A stretch of DNA of 64,000 nucleotides, from assembly GCA_001179505.1 (NCBI GenBank), contig CDMY01000271.1, positions 76,803-140,802 on the forward strand, in the 5' to 3' direction. The notes beneath the pieces were generated by a model. It was given only the letters and a program-made list of their open reading frames with translations. It was not told the origin of the DNA and searched no databases. The DNA comes from Vitrella brassicaformis CCMP3155. Lineage: Eukaryota > Protista > Chromerida. Shown piece by piece: positions 50,829 to 62,911 of this stretch. Position numbers and translations under genes: made by a program. Each line of letters begins with the position of its first letter. Within the stretch, counting starts at the first letter, position 1.

Positions 50829-53800
50829 CTAAGACCACCCCAATCCCATCCCCAGTACGCTGGTCAATGAGTGATCCAAACACACAGGCTGCCTCAGGCC
50901 CATCTCCTCACACACCACACCCATGACCTCCTTCCGAACGCGCTGCTCAAGCGACAGATGATTCACCAACACGACTATGGACACGTTCTCCTGAGGATAC
51001 GATACAGCGAACGATCCCCCAAACGACTGATACCCTACTGCCTCACTCCGACCATCAGCCCATCGCCTTATTGACTCTGAAGGAAGAGGGAAGGAAGGGG
51101 AAGGCGAGCGCTGCTGGCCAAGCCCAAGGCCTCCGCGGGCAGCAGGAGGGGACGGCGTACAAGCAGACGGAGAGGGGTCACCCACGCGCAGCACTTCCAA
51201 GCCCTCAGAAAAGCTGCCGAACAGCATAGGAAAGCCATGAAGCGAAGAAAGAAAAGCTCTCTCGTGTGCCTGTGCCTCACCATCTCCTCCCGAAGAGCAC
51301 TGAGTCCTCTGAGGCCTTCGCCACCAGCAGTCGCCTCCGCGAGTCGCTGTCCAGCGTGGAAAACAACCCCCTCCCCCTGAGATCGTGCCACGTCATGGCC
51401 GAGAGGAGCGATGCCAACGCACGTGCAGACGCGTAAACGCCAAGCGCCGGCGGTGGGCTGGCGCGCACGCGCTGCGCATTGAGCATGGAAGGGTCCGTGA
51501 CGATCTCGGTCATCGATGCCAGCTGCCCAAAGATGCCGCCTGTTGCCGAGAAAGGCCCATGCTCCCACTCTTCCCGCTTGCTGTCGTTCTCATCCTTGCT
51601 CTCAAATAGCGCACCGATGTCATCGAGATGAAGAGAGAAGAGGGCCGCCGCGGCTTTGGCGATTCCATTCGACACAAGGGCGATGGATCTGCCGCCCTCG
51701 TCACGACCCAGCGCCCCCCCGCCACCACCCTCTGTTTCAGTCTCGAGGCCAAATCGAAGCTCATTCTCCACGCGCAGCGCCCTCGCCAGTCGTTGAGTGA
51801 GTCGACTCAATGACACGTCCCCTCCAGCTGCCTTCAGCAGACGGCCACAGATCACGCCCATGACATGGTTGTGATACTTGGCCGTGCCACGGTCGCGTGT
51901 CGGCTTGGCTCGACAGACCATGGCCTCCACCTTAGATGGGTCCAAGAGGTCGCTGGCGGGCGTTTGTGGTGGGACGGCGCTCGCCAGTCCAGCCGTGTGC
52001 GATAGCACCTCGCCGCATGTCACGTCGCTCTTGAAATCGGGCCAGTGGCTGCTCACAGGATCGTCAAGACTCATCCTCCTCTCGGCGACGGAAGAGTAGA
52101 TGAGAGCCGTCAAGACTACCTTCGATAAATCCATGGCCGGCATCAGCGTGTGCTCGTCCACTGGCCGCGCATCACTTCCCCCCACTACGCCGGCTGCCAG
52201 GCTGACGAGTGGACTCATACACTCACCTCTCATGATGGCCACCTGAATGCCGAGTGACTGCTCATCATCCTCCCACAGGCTGGCGACAAGGTTGCGCAGA
52301 CGCTGCTCGAGGCGAGACGGAACACAAGAGGGTGGAAGGGGCGCGAGGTGCGCGAGGGCACGCTGGTCGGGAGGGGTGCTGGAAAGAATAGTGAGACGCG
52401 CGTAGAGGGACATGGTATCCAGGTACGACACCTGAAGAATACGTACACATCCAGATATCATACATGCCATGCGCCGACTGAGTGGATTGCGTGCTGTTTG
52501 GCATTACTTTCGTGTCGAGGGTGACCGACAGGCCGCGAATGAGGCCCAGGACACGGAAGATAAAGCCGAGCTCGTCTGGAATCTGCGTCATGAAACGACT
52601 GACGAAAACAGAAAGGAGAAAGGTAGCTGATGGACAGGTGAGCAGATGGCAATGTGTTCCGTGCCTTTCGGTGTTTCCTTCGCTTCGGTCTCGCTCTCTT
52701 TGTTTCCTCCTCATACGAAAGAACTTCTTGGTGTCTTCGTAACTCTCGTCCCTGAGAGGAACGCCAGTCACTGTGTACATCAGCTCGCTCCTTCTCCGTT
52801 GTGCCTCTTACTTAGTCTTTGTGTCCCTCATAAGGTAGCGAAAGAACTCTAGGTCGCGCTCGGGTTTGTGGTCCGACTGTGAGTTGGCGTACCCCACATC
52901 GCGCAGGGCTTTCGCTGCTCCCTCCACATCAAACTCATGTAAGCTCGTCACGAGCTGACAGTAGTGGACTCGCTGGGCAGGGGTAATCGATAGCGACATC
53001 CCAAAGTCGAGGAGCACCAGTTTAGCCTGGTCGCCATCGATGGACACCATCAGATTGCCGGCGTGGGCTGCACACACACACGCCGATTGGGTGCGTGGGG
53101 TGGGCGTGCGTGGGTGGCTATGTTCGTTGACTGACGATCAGCATTGAAGAAGCCCCACGTGAATAGCTGCTGCGAGTACACCTGAAGAACACGCATAGAT
53201 GCACCGACAGAGTGGATTGCGTGCCGTTTGGCATTCGTACCTGTATGACTCTGAGCATAAGATGCCTGGTGTCGACCTGATAGAGGGCCAGCTGGTCCTT
53301 ATCGGTCAATTTGAATCCGTGAATGAACGACATCGTTAGGACGCGTGGCGAAGTTAACGACAGGTGAGGCGTGGGGACGATGACATCAGACAAACTGACA
53401 GACAAAATCGAGACAAAGGGGGTCTTCTGCCGGCCTTTTCCTAGTGAGCCCCGTTCTCCCTTCAGATGGTTACCCTCCGTCCTTAATGTGTCGTGCCATC
53501 TTGATCAAATTGTCAGCTTCTTGCCGAAAGTCCAGCTCCTTATCCATGACCTTCTGCTGCCAGGCCTGCGCGAGAAATCCAGGACGCAAACCGATTCCGT
53601 CATGTTTAATGTATCCATCCATTTCTCTCTCCGGTGTGTGTCTGTGTGTGTCTGTGTGTGTGCATTGTCGATGCATCGTTTCACCCAAATGTCTGTACCT
53701 GAAGCACTTGAAGAATCACTCCGAGCTGCGACATGCACGTGAGTGAAATCATTTGTTGTGTTGTGTTTTGCTGTGCGTCGTTGAGTGATCTGACCTGTGG

Positions 53801-56155
53801 GTTGAGCCACTGGAGTGTCCTGGCAATGCACAGGGCGTAGAACAAATCACTCCTGACCAGCTGCGCTATGCCCCTGTGCTGGAGCTTGATCACCACCTCA
53901 TCGCCAGACCGTAGGACGGCGTGATGGACCTGGGCGATTGAGGCACTGGCCATGGGGGTCATGTCAAAGAACGAGAACAGCTCATCGAGCTCGCAACCAA
54001 ACTCCTCGCGGATTACACGCCGGACATAGCCTGGTGGACACGCTGGCAGGTCATCCTGAAGGAACAGCAAAAAAGGATCAACGCCGTCTCCTCCTTCAGG
54101 GTGCCAGGTGTTGCTACGTTTCTGTTTACCTGCAGCTTTGCCAGCGTCTGGCTCCATTCTCTCGGCACGATATCAGCTCGCCTGCGAAGTGACAGAGCAC
54201 CAACGATACCACTGTATACTCACCAATACGCACGCATTCATGCTGCTTACCCGCCTAGGTATTGCCCAAACTTTACGAAAAGACTTTGCAGCCGGATGAA
54301 AGTGTCGCAGACATAGGGCGCCAGCCAACAATCGAGAGTAGCGAAGAGCCGTAGCCGCTCGGCCCCCTCTATGCCCCTTCTCTCCACCCACTTGTTGACG
54401 ACAAAGTACATGCCTATGCTGAACGTTGCGCTTGTCGCGATCATGACTCCCCTTCTCAGCTTGGAAAAGAGAGAGACAGGTATCATCAGCAAGAGTGCCA
54501 GTATCCCCGTGAGAATCTTGCGAGCCATCATGGCATGCAGCAGTCGACTGCATTGGACTGCAAGCAGTCGGTTCCATGAACTGAGCCCTGCCGTCCGGCC
54601 AAAAAGAAGTAGCCGCAGCGCGAGTGACAGGAAGACCGCAAATGCTCCGCAGGCGTCCGAAAGAGCGAAGAAGACGGTGAAGGCCAAGCTGAGGACGGTC
54701 GCGGAGGCGGATGAAGGAACGATATCGCCGAGGAGCGGCCATGAGACGGGGAACACAATCAGCAACCACACGAGGATGCCCAGTGCTGTTCTCAGCGTCC
54801 CCATCCACCTCTCGTAGGCACCTTTCGCATCACCCGTTCCGCTGTCTGAAAACAGCCTCCACCCCCCGAGCGCGCTCTTAGTCTGCTGCACCATCCTCTC
54901 CAACCGATGCATCCTCCGCAAAAGCTGCTGCTGGCTCTGATGGTTGGCGAGCACGGCACCCTGACACTTGATGGGCTCACGTTGCTCTCGGGAGATCTGG
55001 CCCTTGAGTCGATTGGCGAGAATGCCCTCGTCTGTCGCAGTCGGGTCAAGCAGGCCGCCTCCCTGTTGACGTGGTTCCTGGACGGACCGTGTCGCCTCGG
55101 GCGAGTTGGTGGCCGCGCTCGCGGGCAGACGGATCGACGCGATAGCTGTTGTTTGCTCGCGGGTGGTGTTGACCGACGTGAGGAAGGCGGGGTTGACGCC
55201 GCGCCTCGTGTTTGTTGACGTGCTAGTAGTCTCGACAAATGACGGCGAGAGAGACGGTGACTCTTTCGCTCGCCTCTCGGCTGCAAACGGCTGGAGTAGA
55301 CCTGAAGCAAGTGCCGCGCATTCGTTGCACAGGCGGCGTCTGAAAAGACAACATAATCTCACTTCCTCAAAGAGTGCTGAACTCCTACACAGTGCACCAA
55401 CTCTTCCTTCCTTTGCTCTTGTTCTCACCGAAACAGGCGGTGTTTGCTGCATCTCCCACAGCAGAGGACCCCGCACACCTGCAGAGAAGAGACGATGATA
55501 AACTGTGTCGATCATCTGTCCCGCCGCGGCTCACCCTGCAGTGATGGCGCCGCTTGACGAGGGTAAATCGAGAGCCACATCGTGTGCAAGTAGGGCCATT
55601 CGGCGCCCACTGTCCGCGAGTGAGCAGCAGTTTACCCTCCTCCCTCTCGCGCACTTCACCCTCCCTGACGCGCCTCGCGGCCGACATGAGAAGAGGAATC
55701 AGTGACTTGATCATGCCCTTGTCCCCGTCGATGCGCACATGCCCCTTAATCACGGCCGTGACTGGATTCAGCCGCCTTTCGAGGAGCAACTGCAGTCCCT
55801 GCAAACCAACGAGTTAATCAATACATCCATCCCATGCACCTTTTGTCTCATATAATCCATCCACATGAGTGGATGTCCGTATCTGTGTGCCTACTTCTCC
55901 GCTCAGTGTGACGCTCGTGGCGACCTGCGACTCGCGTATGCCATTGCTGGGGTGGAGTGGTCGGAGGCTCGAGAGATCGGTGGTCACGCGGGGCTGGCCA
56001 TGTGCATCGATGCCGAGATAGTAGATGTGCGGTGTGGTGTCGGACGCCAGCACCAGCTTCACGACTCTGTTATCTCGTTGCATGGCTGCTGGTGGACTCC
56101 ACGATCTGAGAGAGTCTTGAACAGCCTCAACGAAAGGGGCAACGGTCACCTCCAT
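50829..56155 (-). CDS. Multidomain protein: SCP2 lipid-binding domain - FYVE zinc finger - TM helices - ABC1/UbiB atypical kinase - beta-lactamase-fold domain
   Basis: In-frame spliced exons. SCP2: VTLSGE|GLQLLLERRLNPVTAVIKGHVRIDGD. FYVE: WAPN..CTRC..F..KRRHHCR|VCG..CCGRCS..RLCNEC. Hydrophobic helices follow. ABC1: FVKFGQYLGG, PMASASIAQVH, VVIKLQHRG, ELDFRQEA, FFNADPHAGN, LLDFG. Beta-lactamase fold: GIQVAIMRG, LDDPVSSHWPDF, VLSHTAGL, SARALA, VGYQSFGGS. Confidence 0.85.
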
Positions 56156-56475
56156 GTTTCAAAAACTCGACCTGTGTTTTATCTTGCTTGGTTGGTTATT
56201 GTGTTTAACGAGACTCGTGTCTGTGATCTTGGTCTAAGCACAGCTCGCTAGTGTTTCGTTTCACGCAGCCCCGCCCGAGTCTGTGTTTGCACTGCACACA
56301 GCCATTTAAATGGTGCTGGAGGTCTTTCATTCTGTTGTAGGTCCGCCGCTACGCAAAAAGGGACACAGGCTGTTTGCAGTCTCCTGGGCCAAAAACAAGC
56401 CCAACATAACACAAGCAGCAGCCCACTTTGACAAAAGAACGAAAGCTAAGTCACGTCACCCAGCAGCCCCCAAAC

Positions 56476-59072
56476 TTATCGCCGGCTGCTGTCCGTCTGT
56501 ACCTTGGCATATAACATCGGGTCGCGGACCTGCAGATGAGGGTGGTCAGATTGAGATGACATGCCAGACACCAGTCAGATTGCCAGTGCACCTTTGAACA
56601 GCGTGGCTGTTGTCTTACGTTCGTCATGGAATACATAGTGTAGACGGCACCCAGGGCGCCAAGCACCAACGTCACCGACACCCTGGAGAAAGCAACAATG
56701 CGCACAAGCTATTTCCGCATTCACAACGGATCCTCCTCATGACTGACTATCTTGTCCTACCATAGAGTGATCTGGAATTGTGTGGTGTGAACTGCCTCTC
56801 CTTGGCCCTTATTCGTTGTCGGTTGTGCAGCCCTGGGCGTCGCGGACGGCTTGGCAGCGCCAGCCTGGGGAGCTGCGGGCTGGGCAACTGTTGGCTTTGC
56901 GGTTCCCGTCGTGCCAGCAGGTTGCGAAGCATCCTGCAACGACTGTAAGCACCCATACGCGAGAAGCACATGTGCAGTAGCCAACAACTTCGGTTTCGTG
57001 TGCTTACTCGTTTAGTATGTGCAACAGACGTCTGGAGCAGGTGGATGAGGGCGGTGGGCGACTCGTGGATGGGGGCCGAGATGTTGGTGGAACTCGTGCG
57101 CCAAGTGTCCTGAACACGGTGAGGAATCTGAGACTCCTGCAGACACAAAGGACACAAATGCACGAGTGCAAGCCATGAGTGTCAGCTTCGCATTTGCACC
57201 TGTCCGTGCACAGGAGGCTTCAGGTTGAGAACGGCACCCCACATGTGACCGTCACTCTGCTTCTTCGCCGATGTCAACACCTACAGGGGCAAGGAGAGCA
57301 AGCAAAGGTCGGAGCATGCATTGCGGACATTGGTTCATCTTTTGTGTACTGTACCTGGTCAACTGCATGCATGGTAAGCGCCGATGCAAGCTGATGTTCC
57401 ATGCTACCCTTCCCGTAGCGGTCAGCAGCACACTGAAACACCAATCGCGAGATGGAACGAGGCTATATGAATACATGACTCTTCCGCCTCACCTTGGTTC
57501 CAAGTGTTGGAGCGAGCATCATGACGATTGGACGGCCCTCGGCCTCAGCAACTACACGGCTCCTCTGCATGACACAAAACGCACAGGCACACATGCGTCT
57601 GGTATGCTCCGCATGCCCACCCCCATGACCCTCCCTCACCGCTAGAGAGGAGAGAGCGGCTGTTTCGCCCATCATGACCCTTGTGCAGTGATGGTTGGCG
57701 TCGAGGGTGCCCTCAAGGTCGAGGAACGACATCTTGAGCACGTCAGGCGCCTCGCCAGGTGTGCTCTGCATCACTTCGACAGCTCCAAGGTCGCCTATCA
57801 GGCCTTGAACGGCGTCGAGCTGCAGCACTTGGCTAAGGGGGGCGGGAGGGACGGAGGGGTTCTCCTCGAGACCACTCAAAGCGGACCGCATCGTCTCAGC
57901 AGCCTGAAATGCGGGCGACAGTCGAGAGGATCGTCATGACGCTGTGTGCAAGGCAAAGGGGCGCGTATTCTACCTGCTTGTTGGCATTTTTCACAGCCGG
58001 AGAGTTGAGATGCTGGAACTGGTTACAGGACCCCAGCTCGAGAAATTGGGGGTCACCGGACACGCAGACGGTCAGAGGGCCGTCAGACTGAGGACACGCA
58101 AAAGGCAGCGACAGTCCACGCCGTGGAAGCGCATGAGTTGGTGTGACCTTACAGTAGACGTGGAAGATAGGAGCTCCTCAGTTATTGTGGTTGCGAGTGG
58201 GCGAGACTCTGCTACCTCGAGGAAGGCAGTCACCTGGTGACCTGGCAATGGGCAACGAGTCACTCATCGGGTGCGCATCCATCACGTCGGCCTCTTCCCT
58301 TCTGTATTTACCGTGTTCATCAACCCAGCTAGGTGCCACGACCCCGTGGCTGCCAGAGGGACTTCGAGTCAAAACCGACGTGGTAACGCACAGCTGAAGG
58401 CAAAAGCAAACGCGAGCAGCGGATGAATGGGCGTCACGCGGACATCGCCGTACACGTGCGTAGCCTACCGATGTCTGGCATGACGATTCCAGCACCGTGG
58501 ACTCTTTATCTTTGGGGTCCAGACTGAAGTAGTCGGACTTGAACGCAGGCTTTTCTGGCACACGACCATCAACACACGAAAGAGGTCCAGCTGTCACAAA
58601 TGAATGCATGATCCCTACGAACACGCACCTGGGAACGATTCAAGAAAGACGACCGCCTGAAGAGCACAGAGGGCCAATAAGCCATCACAGCCACGTGTAT
58701 TGACCTTCTCGTCAACGTACCGATACACGTGGTTTCTGGAAGATGTTCGATGCCGCCTTGGTCGTGTACAGGTCAGTGAGCAGGGCTGTGGCAGCTTCAT
58801 GACGCGGCGCCAGGCCTACCTCATGGCCCAGCAGGTCACCAAGCAGCTCATCGCTCACGCTTGGCAGGTGTGTGGCGGCTTCATAGAAGGGGAAGTACAC
58901 CTCGCCAACTGCAGCGGTTGCAGCCTACCAAACACATGAATACCAATGCTTTCCAGATGTTTCTCCGCCCTGGCTTCTCCGTGCCACCTTGCTGCATCAC
59001 TGCACTCACCAGAGCTGACTTGAGCGTCCCCTGCGCCAACGCAAGCACCAGCAATGCTCCGCTGATGGGCAT
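56476..59072 (-). CDS. ATP6AP2/renin-receptor-like V-ATPase accessory type I membrane protein
   Basis: Signal peptide MPISGALLVLALAQGTLKSA. Spliced C-terminus TTQFQITLW|VSVTLVLGALGAVYTMYSMTN|VRDPMLYAKVQTDSSRR* matches the FxIxLW-TM-M..D..LY pattern of the Renin_r/M8.9 family. Confidence 0.7.
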
Positions 59073-59249
59073 CGTGGCTCCCTTTCTGTGCTCTGAGAGC
59101 ACTTCCAGGCAGTCCCGTGTCGATGGCCCTTCGACGATAATCTGAGTGCTGCACCCTCTTCAGGGCAGGCCGTGAAAGTTTTCTAATGAGGCAGGAAAAC
59201 CCATGGAAACCACGTGAGATCCCTAAGGCGAGAGCAATCCGAGGAAACA

Positions 59250-60503
59250 ATGGTCTTTTCATGGGCGAAATGGGCTGAGCTGTCGTTGGCAGTCATCTTT
59301 GCGTCCATTCTTTTCACTTTCAATCGTCCAAGCGACGCCTTTCGGATCCCCTTATCACTGCAACGTTCGCTATCTCGGCAACCAACTCGCCTGAAGGAGA
59401 GGCATCAAGATGCGGGTTCAGCAAATGAGGCAGATGCTTTGATCTCGAGGAGGCGCCTTATCGAGGGGCTGCCTGTTGCTGGGCTGCTGCTGATCCCAGC
59501 AGCAGGCACTCCAGCGCGGGCTGACGATGAGAAGCTGGAATACATGCCCGGACTGGTCACTGGCGGATCCCAGCGCTTCGGCAAGACGAGAGCAAAGTGA
59601 GTCAAATGAGGCTACTCTGCGCACATGGGTGAATGGCTGGTTGATGTGTTTGTGCGCAGGTATCCTGATTTTGAGCAGACTGCCTCTGGTATGTGCGTGA
59701 GGTCGTCACGTCACGCACACCGTCTCTCAGTACTGCACGCCTGACGCTTTCTGCATGTTTGTCAGGTCTTCAGTTCAAAGACGTCAAGGAGGGTGAGGGG
59801 ACACCGCCTGCCAAGGGAGACCGAGTGGTGCTTGACTGGGAGGGATACACAATAGGTTACTATGGTACGGTAGGCATGGAGGAGCGGGCTTTGCAATGCC
59901 ACGTCCAGCGACATGTGCGTCGTTCAGGTCGTATCTTCGAGAAGAAGAGTGGGGTCGTCAAGGGCTCTGCATTCGCTGACAATGTGTACAACGACCCCAA
60001 AGTACAACGCACGAGGAAAGGCTGAGGCATCAGCCCTATTGTGCCTGTTGCCATGCGCTGTGTGCGTCAGCTCATGCGGTTCGTCGTCGGGTCTGGCTCG
60101 GTGATTCCAGCCATTGATGAAGCAGTGCAATCGATGAAGCCTGGAGGGATCCGGCAAATCGTCGTCCCGCCTGAAATCGGTAGGGAATATCGTCATGTGT
60201 TGTCGCCTATTTGTCACGTTTCTGTTGGGTGTGTTTTTTCCTGCAGGTTATCCGATGGAAAAGGATCCGAATCACGAGATGGTCGGGCCGAAGCCATCCA
60301 CATTTTCCGGACAGCGTTCGCTCAACTTTGTCCTTGAAAATCAGGTCCGTAGGGGAAAGAAGCAAGCGCCCAAAGGCCGTCAACATGCCTATCAGCGTTG
60401 TCACGTGTGTCATTTGCAGGGGCTGGTGGACAAAACCCTGCTATTCAACCTGAAGTTGTTACGAGTGGATGCCTCAAGAAAGCTGGCAGGACTCAGCTTT
60501 TGA
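59250..60503 (+). CDS. FKBP19: Thylakoid-lumen FKBP-type peptidyl-prolyl isomerase, FKBP19-like
   Basis: YPDFEQTASG|LQFKDVKEGEG..GDRVVLDWEGYTIGYYG|RIFE..VIPAIDEAV..GGIRQIVVPPEIG|YP..GPKPSTFSGQRSLNFVLENQ|GLVDKTLLFNLKL. The presequence has a signal peptide, SDAF, twin-Arg SRRRL and an ARA cleavage site. Confidence 0.92.
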
Positions 60504-61041
60504 GGTGTGTCGTTTGAGTACGGACGTGTAGACAGAAAACAGAGCATGTCCCGACGAATGCACAATTGGTGAGGATGGTGATGAATATGCACCGGAGCAG
60601 AAAAGCTAGGCCCTGAGGTCAAACCTGAACCTCTCGACAGGGCCGACGCGGCCGTGTGCCCATGGTCCGTATGGCGCGGCAGCTGACTTGCTCTCTCGAA
60701 TAGCAGCCAAGACTTCCCATCTCACCATCACATCATGTCTTCAATGCATCCTTCTACCGCCTCACATCCGCCTCTTTGCATCTCTGCTCTGGGCAGCCAC
60801 CTGTTGCTGCGCCCAGGTCAAATCCGTCACTGAGCCACATACACAATGTCCGTGAGTCCCGCACAAGTACAGACCAGTGCTGGGACGTACACTGTACACA
60901 CAACGGTCATCCTGGCCGATCCGAATCTTTTGCTTGTTTGCTTTTGCGAGCACATCCGAGTCGGACGTTGTGTCCGGCCGTGACGCCATTCGCCCTGTGC
61001 GTGAACCGCCCCCCCCTTCCAGAGCTGGGTGTAATCTTGCA

Positions 61042-61742
61042 GATTCAGGGTCGGACCAGCTCTACTGCTTCAAAAGGCTACAGAAGAAAAGACAGGTGAG
61101 GGGTTGGGAGGCTGGATGATGATGACAAAGACCAACCTGTGCTTTGCTTTCCACGTGGTGTCCAGTTGGAGGAGGATGTGAAGGCCATCATTGCTCACCG
61201 CATCTCTGAAGGCGGGTTTGTCCACTTCGGTGACGTTGTTGCCACTCTCTGCACAATCAGTGGCTGCAGCGCCCCTTCTTATTCTTGATTCACCCGGTTC
61301 CACACGAGCGAAGCAGTTATTCGATGTCGGGCACCCCTTCTGACCCAGAACCAACAACGCCGCGCGTGTCCGGTGAATCGTGGCAGCAAATGGTGGTCCA
61401 GCTGAAGGCTTTCCCGGAGGCGCGCCTCCATTGGCAATCAGGCCTCTTGGACGATGATGCGCGGGACTACTACAGCTCGATGCTGAACTACCTCTCGGGA
61501 CAGAGACAAGTCCCTCCCATCCGCCACGAGGGCAACGCAGCACGCGACGACTACCTCGAATTCGTGCGGAATGTCGTGCGTCCGCAATGCGTCGACGACC
61601 AGGAGAGGGCGTTCTGTGACGGGCTCTTTTACGCTCATGGTATTGTTATAGAGCAGGTACATACGAACACTCATTCGGATGTGTTTGCAGGTGGATGACT
61701 GCATCACGGTCAAGCTACTATGTAACACACCATCTGCTGGTA
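61042..61742 (+). pseudogene. Possible disrupted or unknown coding remnant
   Basis: Exon-like pieces DSGSDQLYCFKRLQKKRQ|LEEDVKAIIAHRISEGGFVHFGDVVATLCTISGC (stop at about 61283) are followed in another frame by SWQQMVVQLKAFPEARLHW..LFYAHGIVIEQ|. No family recognised. Confidence 0.3.
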
Positions 61743-61953
61743 GGCAAGAACCAAGCGATGGACTTCCATTCAATCAATTAGATGAGGTCCACTTTACAGG
61801 GGAAGCCATACGGCATCAGTCGTACGGTGGCCAGCACAGTTTCCTGCATCAATGAGGCTGGCGGCTCAATGAGGCCGGCAGCCCTCTGGAGTTCCACGGA
61901 CCCACTGGATTCCCAGAGGAGGTCCGAATTTTCTCTCTTGTCTCGTTTTTTTA

Positions 61954-62298
61954 AGGCCCTTCGGGGCTAACCATTTGCACAAGTCGCTTCCAGTGCAGAC
62001 GACGGCAAAACAGACGACGGCACAACAGAGGAGCACGGCACAACAGAAGAGCGCGGCACAACGGATGAGCACGGCACAACAGAGAAGTGCGCCTGAAGAG
62101 CGCGGCACAACGGATGGGCGCGGCAAAAATCCCAGTGCGCCTGAAGAGCACGGCACAAGGGATGAGCGCGGCACAGCAGACAAAAACCCCAGTGCGCCTG
62201 AAGAGCACGGCACAACGGAAAGGGACCGGCACAGCAGACAAAAACCCCAGTGTGCCACCTGTAGGCCCTTCGGGGCTAACCATTTGCACAAGTCGCTT
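61954..62298. repeat. Minisatellite (core GC(A/G)CGGCACAAC, variable 15-40 bp units) bracketed by two identical 36-bp direct repeats
   Basis: aggcccttcggggctaaccatttgcacaagtcgctt at 61954-61989 and 62263-62298, with about ten cggcaca/cggcaaa units in between. Confidence 0.9.
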
Positions 62299-62911
62299 TC
62301 TGTGCACATATTTGCCTTGTGCAGCTGGCACTTGTACGTACACACACACATTTGCCTGAGGGCCGTTTGCAGATGTCAGGCAGGATTGCACTACACCATA
62401 CCATACACCCTATACTGCGCTGTATGTCGAATGGACTCCTCATGCTCGCCACTGAGCATCCGAATGCTCTCCTGAGAGGACAGACACGGGGTCTTTTTTT
62501 TGAACCTCTCGTGTGGTGATTGCAACTGCCTCTTGTTTGGACCATGTCGCACAGAGACGGCCATTTGAGAGTATAGTCGCAAAGGACTCAATCATGAGCC
62601 TTTGAGTGAGAAATTGGTCTCTGGTGCATGTCACAATGGCACAACGCTGCCCTGATGAAGGGAGGGAGTCTACTCCCTCTGTGGCCATTCCTGAAAATTG
62701 TCAGGGCACATTGACTTTCTCGCGGGATGGTGAGGGAAGGGGAAGGCAGGCAGTCAGCTGTCGTGTCCAGAGAGAGAGGAGAGAGCGAGAAAAAGAGAGA
62801 GACTTGATGTTTTGCACGTATGGATGCACTTCGGCTTTCCTTCTGCGCTTTGCACGCTGCACTGCCACAGCAGCACGCTGATACGTATGCACGCTGCCAT
62901 TCAATCCAGGA

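Noticed and set aside
61954-62298. 36-bp direct repeats as a CRISPR array
   Set aside because: Only two copies, 273 bp apart, with internally repetitive sequence between them; eukaryotic context and no cas genes
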